Source: an uncultured virus (IMG/VR IMGVR_UViG_3300027743_000022) (taxonomy: Duplodnaviria > Heunggongvirae > Uroviricota > Caudoviricetes). Taken from it: 63,813 nt of DNA. Location of the stretch: the IMG/VR virus record IMGVR_UViG_3300027743_000022; one strand, written 5' to 3'. The position numbers and the translations under genes are program-made. The notes below the pieces were generated by a model. It did not search any database. It saw nothing but the letters and a program-made list of their open reading frames with translations, and was not told the DNA's origin. Below, one piece after another: positions 36,989 through 47,421 of this stretch (position 1 is its first letter; the number at the start of each line of letters is the position of its first letter).

Positions 36989-37729
36989 ATGGAAAAAGTA
37001 AAAATTTATTCCTTAGTAGATCCTATTACTAAGGAAGTTATGTACATTGGAAGAACAAAGGCAAGATTATCTGCTAGAATGTCTTCTCATTACTATTGTT
37101 CAAGACATTTCTCAAATCCAAGAGATATTTGGATATCCAATCTTAAAACAATAGGTTTAAAACCTATTATTTCTGTAATAGAAGATGTGGATGAAAGTAT
37201 ATGGAGAGAAAGAGAAAAATATTGGATAACTTTTTATAGAAATATTAATCCTAATTTGACTAATCTTGCTGAGGGTGGGGAAGGTCCCACAGGCGTAAAA
37301 AGAGAAGAAGAATTTGTTAAAAGTATGTCTGAATTAAAATCAAAGCCAGTATATCAATTAGATTCTTCTTTTAAATTCATAAAGGAATATCCTTCATGTA
37401 AAACTGCAATTATTGAAACAAAAATACCTCATATAGGTAATTCTGCTAGAAGTAAGGGTAGAAAAAGTGCAGGGGGTTATGTATGGGTTTATAAAGATGA
37501 ATACGAAGATTTTATTATAAGAGAAAAAAGAAAAATTTTCCATAAAGATCTCTCTTATCTAAATAAGAGGATTGGAAAATTTGATAAAAGTAATCACTTA
37601 ATAGAATCATGGGATAGTGTAAAACAAGCTAGTGAAAAAACTGGTTATCACTATCAGAGTATTGCAAAAGCTGCTAGAGGATATAGAAAGACATATAAAA
37701 AGTTTGTATGGAAGTATATTAATAAATAA
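36989..37729 (+). mobile_element. GIY-YIG homing endonuclease with two NUMOD1 domains
   Basis: KIYSL...YIGRT...R...H, E.YWI, NL..GG; two NUMOD1 repeats (SAGGYVW, TYKKFVWKY). Confidence 0.85.
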
Positions 37730-37740
37730 ATACTAAAATT

Positions 37741-37944
37741 ATGGAAGATTTTAATAGATTAGAGACAATTGAACTTTATGCAGGCTTAGCTCTCCCTGGA
37801 TTAATTAGAGATAATAATATATTTTATACTCATCCAAAGGAAATAGCTGAACGAGCTTTCGCTATAGCTGAAGCTATGGCTGATATGCTAGAAACTAAAT
37901 ATAAAGAATGTGAAAAACTAAAAACAGGAAGCAATGTTAACTAA
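37741..37944 (+). CDS. Conserved phage hypothetical protein
   Basis: YAGLALPGL...IAERAFAIAEAM motif. Confidence 0.75.
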   Translation: MEDFNRLETIELYAGLALPGLIRDNNIFYTHPKEIAERAFAIAEAMADMLETKYKECEKLKTGSNVN

Positions 37945-38263
37945 AATAGAAGACTTAAGAAAAGGGGATGTTGTTTTAATAGGAACTAATGGTTCCAGAT
38001 TAGCTGAAGTTAAGATACTAAGACAACCTCAATTAGCTACCACAGGCAAATTAAAAACCTGGTCAGGTGTACCAAGATGGAAAAGTGTAGTATGTGCTGT
38101 TAGAGAGGAAACGTTTACGCAAACATACACTAATCATGGTGGTTCATCCTCTACATATAAATACACAAGGACTGTAATAGCTAATGGTCAAGATTATAAC
38201 AAAGAGATAAGAGTTGACTTCACTGAAAAGGACTGTTGGTTACTAAAACGAGAAGAACCATGA
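37934..38263 (+). CDS. Hypothetical protein (KOW/SH3-like start)
   Basis: IEDLRKGDVVLI. Confidence 0.7.
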   Translation: MLTKIEDLRKGDVVLIGTNGSRLAEVKILRQPQLATTGKLKTWSGVPRWKSVVCAVREETFTQTYTNHGGSSSTYKYTRTVIANGQDYNKEIRVDFTEKDCWLLKREEP

Positions 38264-38646
38264 ATAACATAAAATTAAACTTAGGAGGAGAACTACAGCC
38301 AGGAGATGTTGTAGGAGTTTCATATAATAACTGGAATACATTTGGGTGGTATGTAGGTGTTGGTAAAACAGGTAATATGCACTTCATACGTATTAATGTG
38401 CCTTCCGAAATAAAATTACAATATGATAACTTTATGTCAGGTATTGAAAAGAGTTCATGGGCAATTAAAAGATTTTCTAAAGGTCTTACGTTTAAACATT
38501 TCTCAAAGGACTATGTCCAAACGGTTAATCCCCAAAGAGCTTTTAAAGTACCAAATCCAGAAGAATTCTTCAAAGACTCTAGTCTCGAAGAAGACTACAA
38601 AAAATCTAGAGAAGCATTACAAACACTTAAATTTCCAGCAAAATGA
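38260..38646 (+). CDS. Hypothetical protein, paralogue of 38643..39023
   Basis: GGELQPGDVVGV...FGWY...KGLTFKH...L.TLKF. Confidence 0.75.
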   Translation: MNNIKLNLGGELQPGDVVGVSYNNWNTFGWYVGVGKTGNMHFIRINVPSEIKLQYDNFMSGIEKSSWAIKRFSKGLTFKHFSKDYVQTVNPQRAFKVPNPEEFFKDSSLEEDYKKSREALQTLKFPAK

Positions 38647-39023
38647 AAACAGTAGAAATAAAATATGGAGGGGTTTTGCAGACAGGAGATTTCATAGGAG
38701 TGGGAAGTAATCACTCTATGTATTTTGGTTGGTACATTGAAAAGGATAAACCTCATATTGTTGAGTTTATCACTCCAAAGAGTGTTATTGCAGCTAGAGA
38801 TAGTTATAGACAAAGAATGGAGTTGTGTGAGAATAGAGGTAAAGAACCTCTTGACTCAGATGTTAAAGGATTAACTTTTAACCATATCAAGAAAGATAAT
38901 GTAAGAACACTTAGTTATAGTAGAGTAGTTAGAATCCATGAACCTAATCTTATCTTCCAAGATGAAGATAAGGATGAATACAGACTAGCAAAAAAGATCT
39001 TAGAGACACTTAAATTCTTATAG
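38643..39023 (+). CDS. Hypothetical protein, paralogue of 38260..38646
   Basis: GGVLQTGDFIGV...FGWY...KGLTFNH...LETLKF. Confidence 0.75.
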   Translation: MKTVEIKYGGVLQTGDFIGVGSNHSMYFGWYIEKDKPHIVEFITPKSVIAARDSYRQRMELCENRGKEPLDSDVKGLTFNHIKKDNVRTLSYSRVVRIHEPNLIFQDEDKDEYRLAKKILETLKFL

Positions 39024-39025
39024 TC

Positions 39026-41359
39026 ATGATACAAGATAAAAATCAGAAGCAATCAACGGTAATACAAGAAGGGCAATCACAAGGAAGTATTGGAATGTCA
39101 CTAGACTCAGAATCTGCACAAATGTTAATGCAAATGTTGAGTAAAAATCTGTATTCAGATGCAATTGGTTCTGCTATTAGAGAGTGTGCATCTAATGCAC
39201 TTGATAGCCATAGGAGAGCTGGAGTAACTGATCCAATTATTGTTTCCTTGAAAATTAATAATGAAAACAATTATGAGTTTTCTGTTGAAGATTTTGGGAC
39301 AGGATTAGATGCTGATGATGTGGAGAATATTATCAGTAAGTATGGTAAATCTACTAAAAGAGAAAGTAATATTGAATTAGGTATGATGGGGCTAGGTTTT
39401 AAAGCCCCATTAGCCTATACAAGTAGCTTTTACTTTGTATGTAGAAAGAATGGAAAAGAACGTAAGTATATGATGTATGAAGGGGAAGAACTTAACACCA
39501 TTGATCTGTTGTATGAGACAGATACTCCAGAGAGGAATGGTGTGAAGATTATCATACCTGTTAAGTACAATGATAGGCTTACCTTTTTACAGAAGATTAA
39601 GAATCAATTGGCTTACTTTGAAAGTGTTTTCTTTGATGCGAACGTGAATGGTTCCCCTATAGATAATAACTTCCATATATTAAGAACAGAACATTTTCAA
39701 TCTTCTGAGATTAATACAGACACATATATGCATATTTGTCTTGACAATGTGTATTACCCTATGGATTTTGGTAAACTAGGTATATCACATATTAATGTAC
39801 CTATTGGATTGAGATTTGGGTTAAGTGATGGTCTGTTTCCTACTCCTAATAGAGAACAATTAATCTATAGCCCTACTGCTATTAAAACTATCTTGGATAA
39901 GATAGCTCTTGTAGGAGATGCTCTTATAAATAAGTATAATGAGAATTCTATTGATTGTAAAGACATACATACAATATTTACTTACTATAATTCAAAAAAT
40001 AGATATGTAAACTTTGCAAACATTAAGATAGATGCTGATTTATTTTCTAAATTCTCTAAAATACAATTTAAAAAACCTGAGTATTCTAATTATCAGGCTA
40101 CTAATTTTGAAAAATTGTATTTAAATAGAGATTACTTACTTCATGAGTATGGAAAAAAGTATAACTTTTCCAGAGGTCAATTTAGACATATAACAACTAG
40201 TTGGGATTTAGATGTTCAGTATCGTGATATTTCTAACTCTAACAATGTATTTATCTTTGATGAGCCTTTTGTAGGTAATAAAAAATCATACATCAAAACT
40301 CTTCTTCCTCAAAATACTTATGATAATGTCTATTTTATTAAGAAGATTAGAAAGATGACTTTATATCCTATTTCAAAGGTTCATTCTTATAATAATTATG
40401 TAACTCTATTGGATCTGAGAAAATATCCTAAATCTACATGGAGAAAAAGAATAGTAGAATGTCAACAAATAGTAGAAGAGCTTATTAAAGACTTCAGGAT
40501 TGTTGATGATATTCAAATTTCTCAATTATGGTTGGATAGTAGAAAGAAACAAAGAGTTAAAGCAAGTGGAGGAGGTGGACGAAGAGTTAAGCTCCAAGGA
40601 GAGATTAATTGTAAGAAAGCTGAAGAACTACAAAGATATGTTCATGGTAAGAGTAGTAAACTTACCCCTGAGGTATTGAAAGTAGGTGATATCAGCTCTA
40701 GTCCTTATTTGCTTGTCTATGGAAGACAAAAAGATGAGGCAACTATTGATGGTTTATATGCTGTTTCTCTAAGACAAAAAGTAAAATATTTTGTTCTATC
40801 TGAGAGAGAGTATAAGATTGCTGAAACTATTGAAATTCATAATCTAATGTCAATTGAGAAGTTTATGGAAGGTAAAAGCAAAACCTTTAAAAGGATAGTT
40901 ACAGGATATCTGATTAAAGAGCTCATTAAGAAGTATGAAAGTACTTTTGCAAAAAAGAGTATTATATCTAAAATTAGTGTTTCATTACACGATAAATTGA
41001 CTGCATTACACACATATAAGGATCAAAACTATGTTGCTTATTGTGAGCATGAAATCTATGTAGCCATGGTGAAAGTTGCTGAGGAACACAATCTGTTTGA
41101 TGAATGTATCTATACAGAATACAGACAGATTAAAAATCTTCTGGACAATTACCCATTTATTGAAACCACTATGAAGATGATTCCTAGTTGTGCAATTGAT
41201 GAAGGATATGAGCACTATATCACTGTATTTTGTGAGCTGTTTAAATACCATAAACAGCGTATTGATTTTACCAACTACAATCACTTAGTTCCTCTAAACG
41301 AGGATAAGCCATTGGAGGATGAATTAACAGATGAAACAATTGGTCAGTTAAATAGTTAA
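39026..41359 (+). CDS. rIIA: RIIA-like protein (GHKL ATPase N-terminus)
   Basis: LYSD..SAIRECASNALDSH, VEDFGTG, YGKSTK, GMMGLGFKAPLAY, PNREQL. Confidence 0.88.
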   Translation: MIQDKNQKQSTVIQEGQSQGSIGMSLDSESAQMLMQMLSKNLYSDAIGSAIRECASNALDSHRRAGVTDPIIVSLKINNENNYEFSVEDFGTGLDADDVENIISKYGKSTKRESNIELGMMGLGFKAPLAYTSSFYFVCRKNGKERKYMMYEGEELNTIDLLYETDTPERNGVKIIIPVKYNDRLTFLQKIKNQLAYFESVFFDANVNGSPIDNNFHILRTEHFQSSEINTDTYMHICLDNVYYPMDFGKLGISHINVPIGLRFGLSDGLFPTPNREQLIYSPTAIKTILDKIALVGDALINKYNENSIDCKDIHTIFTYYNSKNRYVNFANIKIDADLFSKFSKIQFKKPEYSNYQATNFEKLYLNRDYLLHEYGKKYNFSRGQFRHITTSWDLDVQYRDISNSNNVFIFDEPFVGNKKSYIKTLLPQNTYDNVYFIKKIRKMTLYPISKVHSYNNYVTLLDLRKYPKSTWRKRIVECQQIVEELIKDFRIVDDIQISQLWLDSRKKQRVKASGGGGRRVKLQGEINCKKAEELQRYVHGKSSKLTPEVLKVGDISSSPYLLVYGRQKDEATIDGLYAVSLRQKVKYFVLSEREYKIAETIEIHNLMSIEKFMEGKSKTFKRIVTGYLIKELIKKYESTFAKKSIISKISVSLHDKLTALHTYKDQNYVAYCEHEIYVAMVKVAEEHNLFDECIYTEYRQIKNLLDNYPFIETTMKMIPSCAIDEGYEHYITVFCELFKYHKQRIDFTNYNHLVPLNEDKPLEDELTDETIGQLNS

Positions 41360-41370
41360 AATTCATTATT

Positions 41371-42798
41371 ATGGAAAAGTTTTTTGATTTAGAATGGTTT
41401 AAACAAAGAGTTGAATCTTCTGTAGACAGAATTCTTGATGAGCGCATTGGTGCCAGAATAGAATCTATGTTAGACAGACTAGATGGTAACATTCCAGTTG
41501 AGGTTGATAAAGACCTTGTTGAGGTTCCTGTTACACAAGTAGAAGGAAAACCTTATTTAACAGTGAAGCTCGTAAATGATGCTCTTACTGTTGTACTAAA
41601 GGATGGTTCTATCTTAAATAAGCCTAATGCTACTGCAGAACACTATCAACGTGCTTTGGTCAGTAAGTCCAGGGAGGAATTGATAAATGTTATAGAAGAC
41701 AGAGTAGTGGTTCAAGAAAAGGTGGATGAAGTTAGAGAGATGCATAGAGTGGAAGGTATCAAGAAAGGATTTGAGTTATTTGGAAAACTTAAAGACTTTA
41801 AGGTAGAAGAACACCATGTTTATCTCTCTGGTACAAGTAGAACTATTCCTCCATTGTTAGTTGATAAATTTCTAGAAGTAATTGGTAAGCATCACTCTGT
41901 AAACACTACCACAGACTTAGAACAACAATTAGCAGATGATGTAGAGTATCAATCTCTCAAAAATTTCTTTATGTGGTGCTGTTTGAATCCAAGAGCTGAA
42001 GTAGCAGATCAGTTATATAGATTTCTAACAGATAACAGCTTTAGAATCACTAAGCAAGGGTTTTTTGTAGCTCTTAGAAATGTTGTTACTGTTACTCCTG
42101 GAGAAGACAACACTCTTGTTCAGTTTGTCAGTAATGCATATAATAAGGTAAAAGCTGTATGGAAAAAGAATCCAGTTGATTTTAATATTGTGAAGAAAGA
42201 TAATGGAGATCTTATACTTGAGTCTCACAGTAATATCACTAAAGCAAAAGGAACTGTTGTAGGTAGTCTATCTGATTTGTATAAATCTCTTCCAGAGATG
42301 AAAGAAAATAGATTTACAGATGCTCACACACGTACTTTTGATATTAGGGTAGGTAGACCAGTTAATATGCCTATGAATGAATGTAATTGGTCAACAGCAG
42401 ATTGTGCTCATGCAGGTTTGCATTTTACAGCAGATCAAATCCATTATGTAGGTTGTGGAGATACTTCTGTTTTGGTACTTATCAATCCAATGAAAGTAGT
42501 TGGTATTGGTGCTCATAAAGGTAGATGTTATGAATATTTGCCTATTATGACTGTTCCAAGACACGAAGCAACCAAAATCTTGCATGATATAAGCTTTGAT
42601 ACTCTAGAATTAGATGAAGATTATGCAATTAGAGAATTAGAGTCTTTAGAAGAAAAAGCTAAAGCAGGATTTACTGCAGAAACAGGTAAATATAACTTTA
42701 ATTTACCTAACATCTCTACTGTGGAGATAAACAATATTGTTAACTCTCTAAATGAGATGAAAGCTTTCATCACTAATAGGGTATCTGTTATTAAGTAA
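41371..42798 (+). CDS. rIIB: RIIB-like protein
   Basis: Follows rIIA; LNP...QLYRFL, ITKQGFFVALR, C..GLH, INPMKVV, KGRCYEY. Confidence 0.85.
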   Translation: MEKFFDLEWFKQRVESSVDRILDERIGARIESMLDRLDGNIPVEVDKDLVEVPVTQVEGKPYLTVKLVNDALTVVLKDGSILNKPNATAEHYQRALVSKSREELINVIEDRVVVQEKVDEVREMHRVEGIKKGFELFGKLKDFKVEEHHVYLSGTSRTIPPLLVDKFLEVIGKHHSVNTTTDLEQQLADDVEYQSLKNFFMWCCLNPRAEVADQLYRFLTDNSFRITKQGFFVALRNVVTVTPGEDNTLVQFVSNAYNKVKAVWKKNPVDFNIVKKDNGDLILESHSNITKAKGTVVGSLSDLYKSLPEMKENRFTDAHTRTFDIRVGRPVNMPMNECNWSTADCAHAGLHFTADQIHYVGCGDTSVLVLINPMKVVGIGAHKGRCYEYLPIMTVPRHEATKILHDISFDTLELDEDYAIRELESLEEKAKAGFTAETGKYNFNLPNISTVEINNIVNSLNEMKAFITNRVSVIK

Positions 42799-42805
42799 TA
42801 AACTA

Positions 42806-42840
42806 AGGAGGAACTGACAATTCCTCCTCCTAATCTTTTT
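42806..42840 (+). terminator. Hairpin or terminator
   Basis: AGGAGGAA-ctgacaa-TTCCTCCT, T tract downstream. Confidence 0.55.
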
Positions 42841-42844
42841 AATT

Positions 42845-43222
42845 ATGAAAATCAGCAAAATAATTAAAAATAGGAATTCAGGGACTTTTTCAGAATCTCA
42901 ATTTTGGCAATTTATAAGAAATTCATTAAGAAGACGCAGTATAGTGTGGAAACCCATATATAGCACAAAAGAAAAAGCAAAGAGAAAATACACTGGTACT
43001 AACAAACGCCAGAAGTATGAATATCAGTGTAATGTGTGTAAAAATTGGTTTCCAGGAAAAGATGTAGCAGTTGACCATATTATAGCTGTAGGATCTCTTA
43101 CTTGTGCAGATGATTTGCCAGGATTTGTTGAAAGACTGTTTTGTGAAGAACACGGATTACAGTGTATTTGCACAGCATGTCATAATTTGAAAACTAAAGA
43201 TGATATTAAAAGTCTTAAATAG
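42845..43222 (+). CDS. HNH endonuclease (small phage Zn-HNH type)
   Basis: YQCNVC...VAVDHI...LFCE..GLQCICTACH..KT. Confidence 0.85.
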   Translation: MKISKIIKNRNSGTFSESQFWQFIRNSLRRRSIVWKPIYSTKEKAKRKYTGTNKRQKYEYQCNVCKNWFPGKDVAVDHIIAVGSLTCADDLPGFVERLFCEEHGLQCICTACHNLKTKDDIKSLK

Positions 43223-43254
43223 TTTGTTATTTTCCCAAATGTGATCTACCTTTA
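43223..43254 (+). promoter_or_regulatory. Bacteroidota-type promoter (near consensus)
   Basis: TTTG-20 nt-TACCTTTA. Confidence 0.4.
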
Positions 43255-43276
43255 TATAAGTGTAATTATTCATGTT

Positions 43277-43555
43277 ATGAAGCGTAGAGGACATTCTTTG
43301 GAGACCAGACAAAAGATGAGTTTGGCTCAACTTGGTAAAAAGGTACCAAAATACGTTGGGAGAAAAATCAGTAAAGCTAAAGAAGGTAAAAAAGTTAGTA
43401 GTGAGCATGACAACAGTCCTATACCAGTACTGCACATCCCTACTAACGAGGTCTATAGATCTATTACACAAGCAGCTGCAGCTTTCAAACTTCGCAGAGG
43501 AACCTTATCTAAAAGAATTAGCAATGGGGAAGAACCAGACTTTAAATTCCTTTAA
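43277..43555 (+). CDS. NUMOD3/NUMOD1 DNA-binding protein (homing-endonuclease remnant)
   Basis: HSLETRQKMSLAQLGK, KISKAKEGK, YRSITQAAAAF; no nuclease domain. Confidence 0.75.
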   Translation: MKRRGHSLETRQKMSLAQLGKKVPKYVGRKISKAKEGKKVSSEHDNSPIPVLHIPTNEVYRSITQAAAAFKLRRGTLSKRISNGEEPDFKFL

Positions 43556-43558
43556 GCT

Positions 43559-43687
43559 ATGGACACATTATTTCAGTATTGTAACACTTGTCAAACCGAA
43601 CGGAACTTCAACCCAGAAACGATTAAATGCCTAATATGTAACGCCAAATGTCATAACTATCAAGAGAGAAAGGAAAGCAAGCAATGA
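43559..43687 (+). CDS. Small zinc-ribbon protein (42 aa)
   Basis: Hand-translated; CNTC...CLIC; ATGA-coupled. Confidence 0.5.
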   Translation: MDTLFQYCNTCQTERNFNPETIKCLICNAKCHNYQERKESKQ

Positions 43688-43923
43688 AACGGATAATTAA
43701 AAAATGTTTCAGAAATTGTGTGGATGTTAGAGATTATGATGTGCTTAATTGCATCAAGCAAGAAGATGATATGCACATTGAACATGATGGTAAAACAATG
43801 ACCCTAAGTCCGCATGATCTAGTTGCTAAGAGAAAATACATCTCTAAGCAATTCTTTAGCACTAATGGTGGTAAAGATTACAGATTATACAGTTATGAAT
43901 GGACACCAAATGAGGAACCATGA
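43684..43923 (+). CDS. Conserved phage hypothetical protein
   Basis: VDVRDY...YRLYSYEWTP. Confidence 0.7.
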   Translation: MKRIIKKCFRNCVDVRDYDVLNCIKQEDDMHIEHDGKTMTLSPHDLVAKRKYISKQFFSTNGGKDYRLYSYEWTPNEEP

Positions 43924-44978
43924 TAAAGGGAAGAAACAAAACATTGGAAGAGCGTAATTATAGGGCTATTGAAAGGGACTCTTCATCTAGTCTTAAGGAC
44001 TTTAGTTTGGATAGAAGAAAGTATTTCAAAAAATATATATTACGCGAGAAGGTGGTTGAGAAAGATAATCAAGCCACCAACATGGGTAAACTGGTTGAGA
44101 CATTGTTGCTGGAACCAGAGGAGTTTGATAATAGATTCTATATGTCATCCACTGTTAGTGCACCTACAGGTTTGATGTTAGAGTTTGTTGAAGCTCTGTA
44201 TAAAGCAACTGTTGACTATACAGATGGTTTTGGAGTGATTACAAGGGACTTTCAAGATATTACTGAAGAGGCTTATGTTGCTTCAGGATTTAAAATCAAG
44301 AAGGAACTGGTACTGACTAAGTTTGTCGGTAGTGATGCTGAGATTTATTACAAAGAGATTAGGGAAGTGAGGAGTAAAAACCTCATTGTAGTGACTGCAC
44401 AGGACATTACCAACGCTGAGAAGATTGTTGATGAGCTACGTACTAATGAATTCACTGAAGCTATTATTAATAGGGAAAGTGATGACAGATATACTGTGCT
44501 TAATCAATTACAGATTGATGGTTATATTGTTGATGAACATGAGTTCAAATCTATGATAGACAAAGTAATAATTGATCATGAAGAAAAAAGAGTACACATA
44601 TATGATTTGAAATGTGTATGGTCTGTTGAGGGATTCTATAATGACTATTATTTGTTTCGCAGAGCTTATATACAAGCACTTCTATATTATGAAGCTATGT
44701 TATGGTTAAGCAGGCAAGAAGATAGTCCCTGTTATGGGTACCAAATAGAACATCCACAGTTTATAGTGTGTGACAGTATCAATTATTATAGTCCTCTTAT
44801 ATATTATGTGAATGAATATGAGATGGCTAAAGCTTACAATGGATTTTTACATGAAGGCAAATATTATCCTGGTGTCAAAGAGTTAATTAAAGACTTAAAG
44901 TTTGCACAAGATAATGATGTTTGGTCTATCAGCAGGAAGAACCATGAGAACAAAGGGTTTGTAAATATACAGTCATGA
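43920..44978 (+). CDS. PD-(D/E)xK exonuclease (RecE/DUF3799-like)
   Basis: SSSSLK, G.LVE.LL, KSMID, YDLK, Y.Q..LY. Confidence 0.82.
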   Translation: MIKGRNKTLEERNYRAIERDSSSSLKDFSLDRRKYFKKYILREKVVEKDNQATNMGKLVETLLLEPEEFDNRFYMSSTVSAPTGLMLEFVEALYKATVDYTDGFGVITRDFQDITEEAYVASGFKIKKELVLTKFVGSDAEIYYKEIREVRSKNLIVVTAQDITNAEKIVDELRTNEFTEAIINRESDDRYTVLNQLQIDGYIVDEHEFKSMIDKVIIDHEEKRVHIYDLKCVWSVEGFYNDYYLFRRAYIQALLYYEAMLWLSRQEDSPCYGYQIEHPQFIVCDSINYYSPLIYYVNEYEMAKAYNGFLHEGKYYPGVKELIKDLKFAQDNDVWSISRKNHENKGFVNIQS

Positions 44979-45529
44979 TCGAAGGTAAAAAAACTGTGAC
45001 ATCCATTTTTATGTCTCCCCTCTTAAAGATTAAGAGGGAGACATTAAAAAAATTAGGCTTTATAAATGCCTATGTCAAAGATGGTGAAAGAGATGTTCAA
45101 TATGATAACTCCATTTATATGGTGTTTAAACCATTAGATTTGGAAGAGTTTAGAGAATTTCTTGATGAAGAGTATGAAAGAACAAAGAATATAATCGAGG
45201 ATTATGATTATGTTGGAGGGTTTGTTGTGGTTGTTTATAAACTTGATGGTACCCTAAGAGATGATATTAGTCTTATCAGAGCTGGAAGATATTCTAAAAC
45301 CTCTACAAGATTTCAACAGGAATTTCCTAAAAACGTAAAGATAAATACTAACAATGGTGTTAAAGAAGAAGTTTCTCTTCAGTACAGAGTCTTTAATAAG
45401 ACACCTGATATGATAAAATATTGGGAAGAAAAACTGGGAGTACAATTTGATAAAGACCAGGAGGTTTGGTATATGTTTGATGAAGATCAAGAAACGTTGA
45501 GTATAAGTAAATTATTAGAACATGTTTAA
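44975..45529 (+). CDS. Conserved phage hypothetical protein
   Basis: FINAY, G.YSK.S motifs; follows exonuclease. Confidence 0.75.
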   Translation: MIEGKKTVTSIFMSPLLKIKRETLKKLGFINAYVKDGERDVQYDNSIYMVFKPLDLEEFREFLDEEYERTKNIIEDYDYVGGFVVVVYKLDGTLRDDISLIRAGRYSKTSTRFQQEFPKNVKINTNNGVKEEVSLQYRVFNKTPDMIKYWEEKLGVQFDKDQEVWYMFDEDQETLSISKLLEHV

Positions 45530-45743
45530 TCAGGATATTTTAGATAAGATATTAGAAAACTATGGTACTCACAAATCAATCGAAATTTGTGAAGCTATTA
45601 GTTTAATGTATGATATTAAGCATTTAAATTGTTGTCCAGATGATTCTGGATGTGTTTCTGAAAATGATTATCAACGTGATTGGTGGGCTGAAGCGTCTGT
45701 CAATCTAAAAAATCAATATTTATGTTTACAAAAGAATTCCTAG
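45522..45743 (+). CDS. Hypothetical protein
   Basis: ORF track. Confidence 0.6.
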   Translation: MFNQDILDKILENYGTHKSIEICEAISLMYDIKHLNCCPDDSGCVSENDYQRDWWAEASVNLKNQYLCLQKNS

Positions 45744-46126
45744 AGAAATATCCTATGACACATTCACACTTGTGTCAAGGGTTAAAAGCAAGAGCTCTAA
45801 AAGCAATGGATGGTATGGAAATATCAGATAAGTTTAAAGAGTCTTTAGCTGAAATAGTTATGGAGGATGATCACTTTCTTCAAGTCTTAGAAGAGAATCC
45901 TAATACCTTGTATAGATTTTTTGATGAAATAGGTGTACACTTTTACATTTATCCAGTGAGAACCAATGGTATTGTAGAATTCACATATGCTAACATCAAT
46001 GATGGTAAGCCAGGTAGAAGAAAAGCAGTAGTTATGTTTCCTTCTCGTACTGAAGCAGAGAAGTGGGCTATAATTGAGTCCTTTGAAATGGCTGAAGAGC
46101 TTCTTAGTAAAGAAGTAACTAATTAA
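45722..46126 (+). CDS. Hypothetical protein
   Basis: ORF track. Confidence 0.7.
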   Translation: MFTKEFLEKYPMTHSHLCQGLKARALKAMDGMEISDKFKESLAEIVMEDDHFLQVLEENPNTLYRFFDEIGVHFYIYPVRTNGIVEFTYANINDGKPGRRKAVVMFPSRTEAEKWAIIESFEMAEELLSKEVTN

Positions 46127-46129
46127 GTC

Positions 46130-46423
46130 ATGGAAAGGATATTCAACCTATACAAAGGATTTGTTGTTAAGCATCCAAAGTATTCAGGTGTCGTGTGTGG
46201 ATACACAGAAGCTCATTTTATATTAGCTGTTAAAACTAAAGACACTGATTTCTTTAGAGTACTTAAAGGAGGATTCTATGTAATGGATAAGTATAAACAT
46301 AAGAGATATAGATATATCTTTGAGGATGAAAATGTGGTTGAACAACAATTTAAATTTGGTCCACAATGGCTGCTAAAAAAACAGAAGACAACGATAAAGG
46401 AACAAAACTCCAAGAAACCATAG
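46130..46423 (+). CDS. Hypothetical protein
   Basis: ORF track. Confidence 0.65.
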   Translation: MERIFNLYKGFVVKHPKYSGVVCGYTEAHFILAVKTKDTDFFRVLKGGFYVMDKYKHKRYRYIFEDENVVEQQFKFGPQWLLKKQKTTIKEQNSKKP

Positions 46424-47421
46424 ACAAACTTAATAAGGCTTATGGTGTTGGAACAATCCTGTCCCTGGATAGTAAGTCTATAGGAGATTATGAGGTTATC
46501 AGTACAGGCTCTATAGGATTTGATTATATAGCTTTGGGAACTGGTGGATTTATTTATGGTAAAGTCTATGAACTTATGGGTTGGGAAGGTACAGGTAAGT
46601 CAACTATATGTGGTCATGTTGCTGCTGAATGTCAAAAGATAGGTGGTACTGTAGCATATATAGATGGTGAGCATGCTGTAGACAGACATTACTTTGAAGC
46701 TCTTGGAGTAGATACAAGTAAGATGCTATTCGCTCAGCCCAGCTGTGGTGAAGAAGGTTTTCAAATAGCACTAGATTTAGCAAAAACTGGAGAGGTGAAT
46801 CTAATAATAATAGATTCAGACTCTTCTCTTATGCCTAAGAAAGTAGTAGATGGTGATGTTGGTGACTCAGCCATTGGTAAAAAGGCTGTACTCAATAATA
46901 ATTCCTATCCTAAATTGAAAACTACCTGCTCTGAGAACAAGGTTTGCCTAATAGTAATCAGCCAGTTTAGAGAAAAGATTGGTGTTATGTTTGGTAATCC
47001 TACCACAACTCAGGGTGGACATGCTCTTAAGTTTTATTCAGATTGTAGAATAGAAGTGAGTAAATCCCAATTAAAAGATGGTGATGATATGATAGGTAAT
47101 CTAACCAAGATTAAAGTTATCAAGAATAAAATGGCACCACCATTCAAGCTTTGTTCTTTTAATATACTCTATGGTGTAGGTATTGATAAGGGAACAGAAA
47201 TACTTGAGCTTATGAATAAATATTCCATAGGCAGGAAGTATGGTGGTTTTATGACATATGAGGGTAATAAAATGTCTCTTGATGTTTTTTTAGATTTGCT
47301 ATCTGAAGAAACTTTCTATAATAAAATCAGGAGTGATATTATTACTAAGATTAATGAGGACGATGATAAACCTAAAATGATTGTAGAAGATGGTAATTCC
47401 GATCAAGAAACTGCACCCTGA
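46366..47421 (+). CDS. recA: RecA recombinase
   Basis: ISTGS, GWEGTGKST, IDGEHA, IIIDS, SQFREKIGVMFGNPTTTQGGHALKFYS, KNK. Confidence 0.95.
   Translation: MAAKKTEDNDKGTKLQETIDKLNKAYGVGTILSLDSKSIGDYEVISTGSIGFDYIALGTGGFIYGKVYELMGWEGTGKSTICGHVAAECQKIGGTVAYIDGEHAVDRHYFEALGVDTSKMLFAQPSCGEEGFQIALDLAKTGEVNLIIIDSDSSLMPKKVVDGDVGDSAIGKKAVLNNNSYPKLKTTCSENKVCLIVISQFREKIGVMFGNPTTTQGGHALKFYSDCRIEVSKSQLKDGDDMIGNLTKIKVIKNKMAPPFKLCSFNILYGVGIDKGTEILELMNKYSIGRKYGGFMTYEGNKMSLDVFLDLLSEETFYNKIRSDIITKINEDDDKPKMIVEDGNSDQETAP

Noticed and set aside
1789..45490. Many short - strand ORFs in the + strand block (e.g. 3210, 4488, 7339, 14554, 32762, 43157)
   Set aside because: They lie opposite well-supported genes and have no recognisable motifs
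26598..47421. Introns or inteins in PolA, helicases or RecA
   Set aside because: ORFs are continuous and of ordinary size with no intein splice motifs; endonucleases are free-standing
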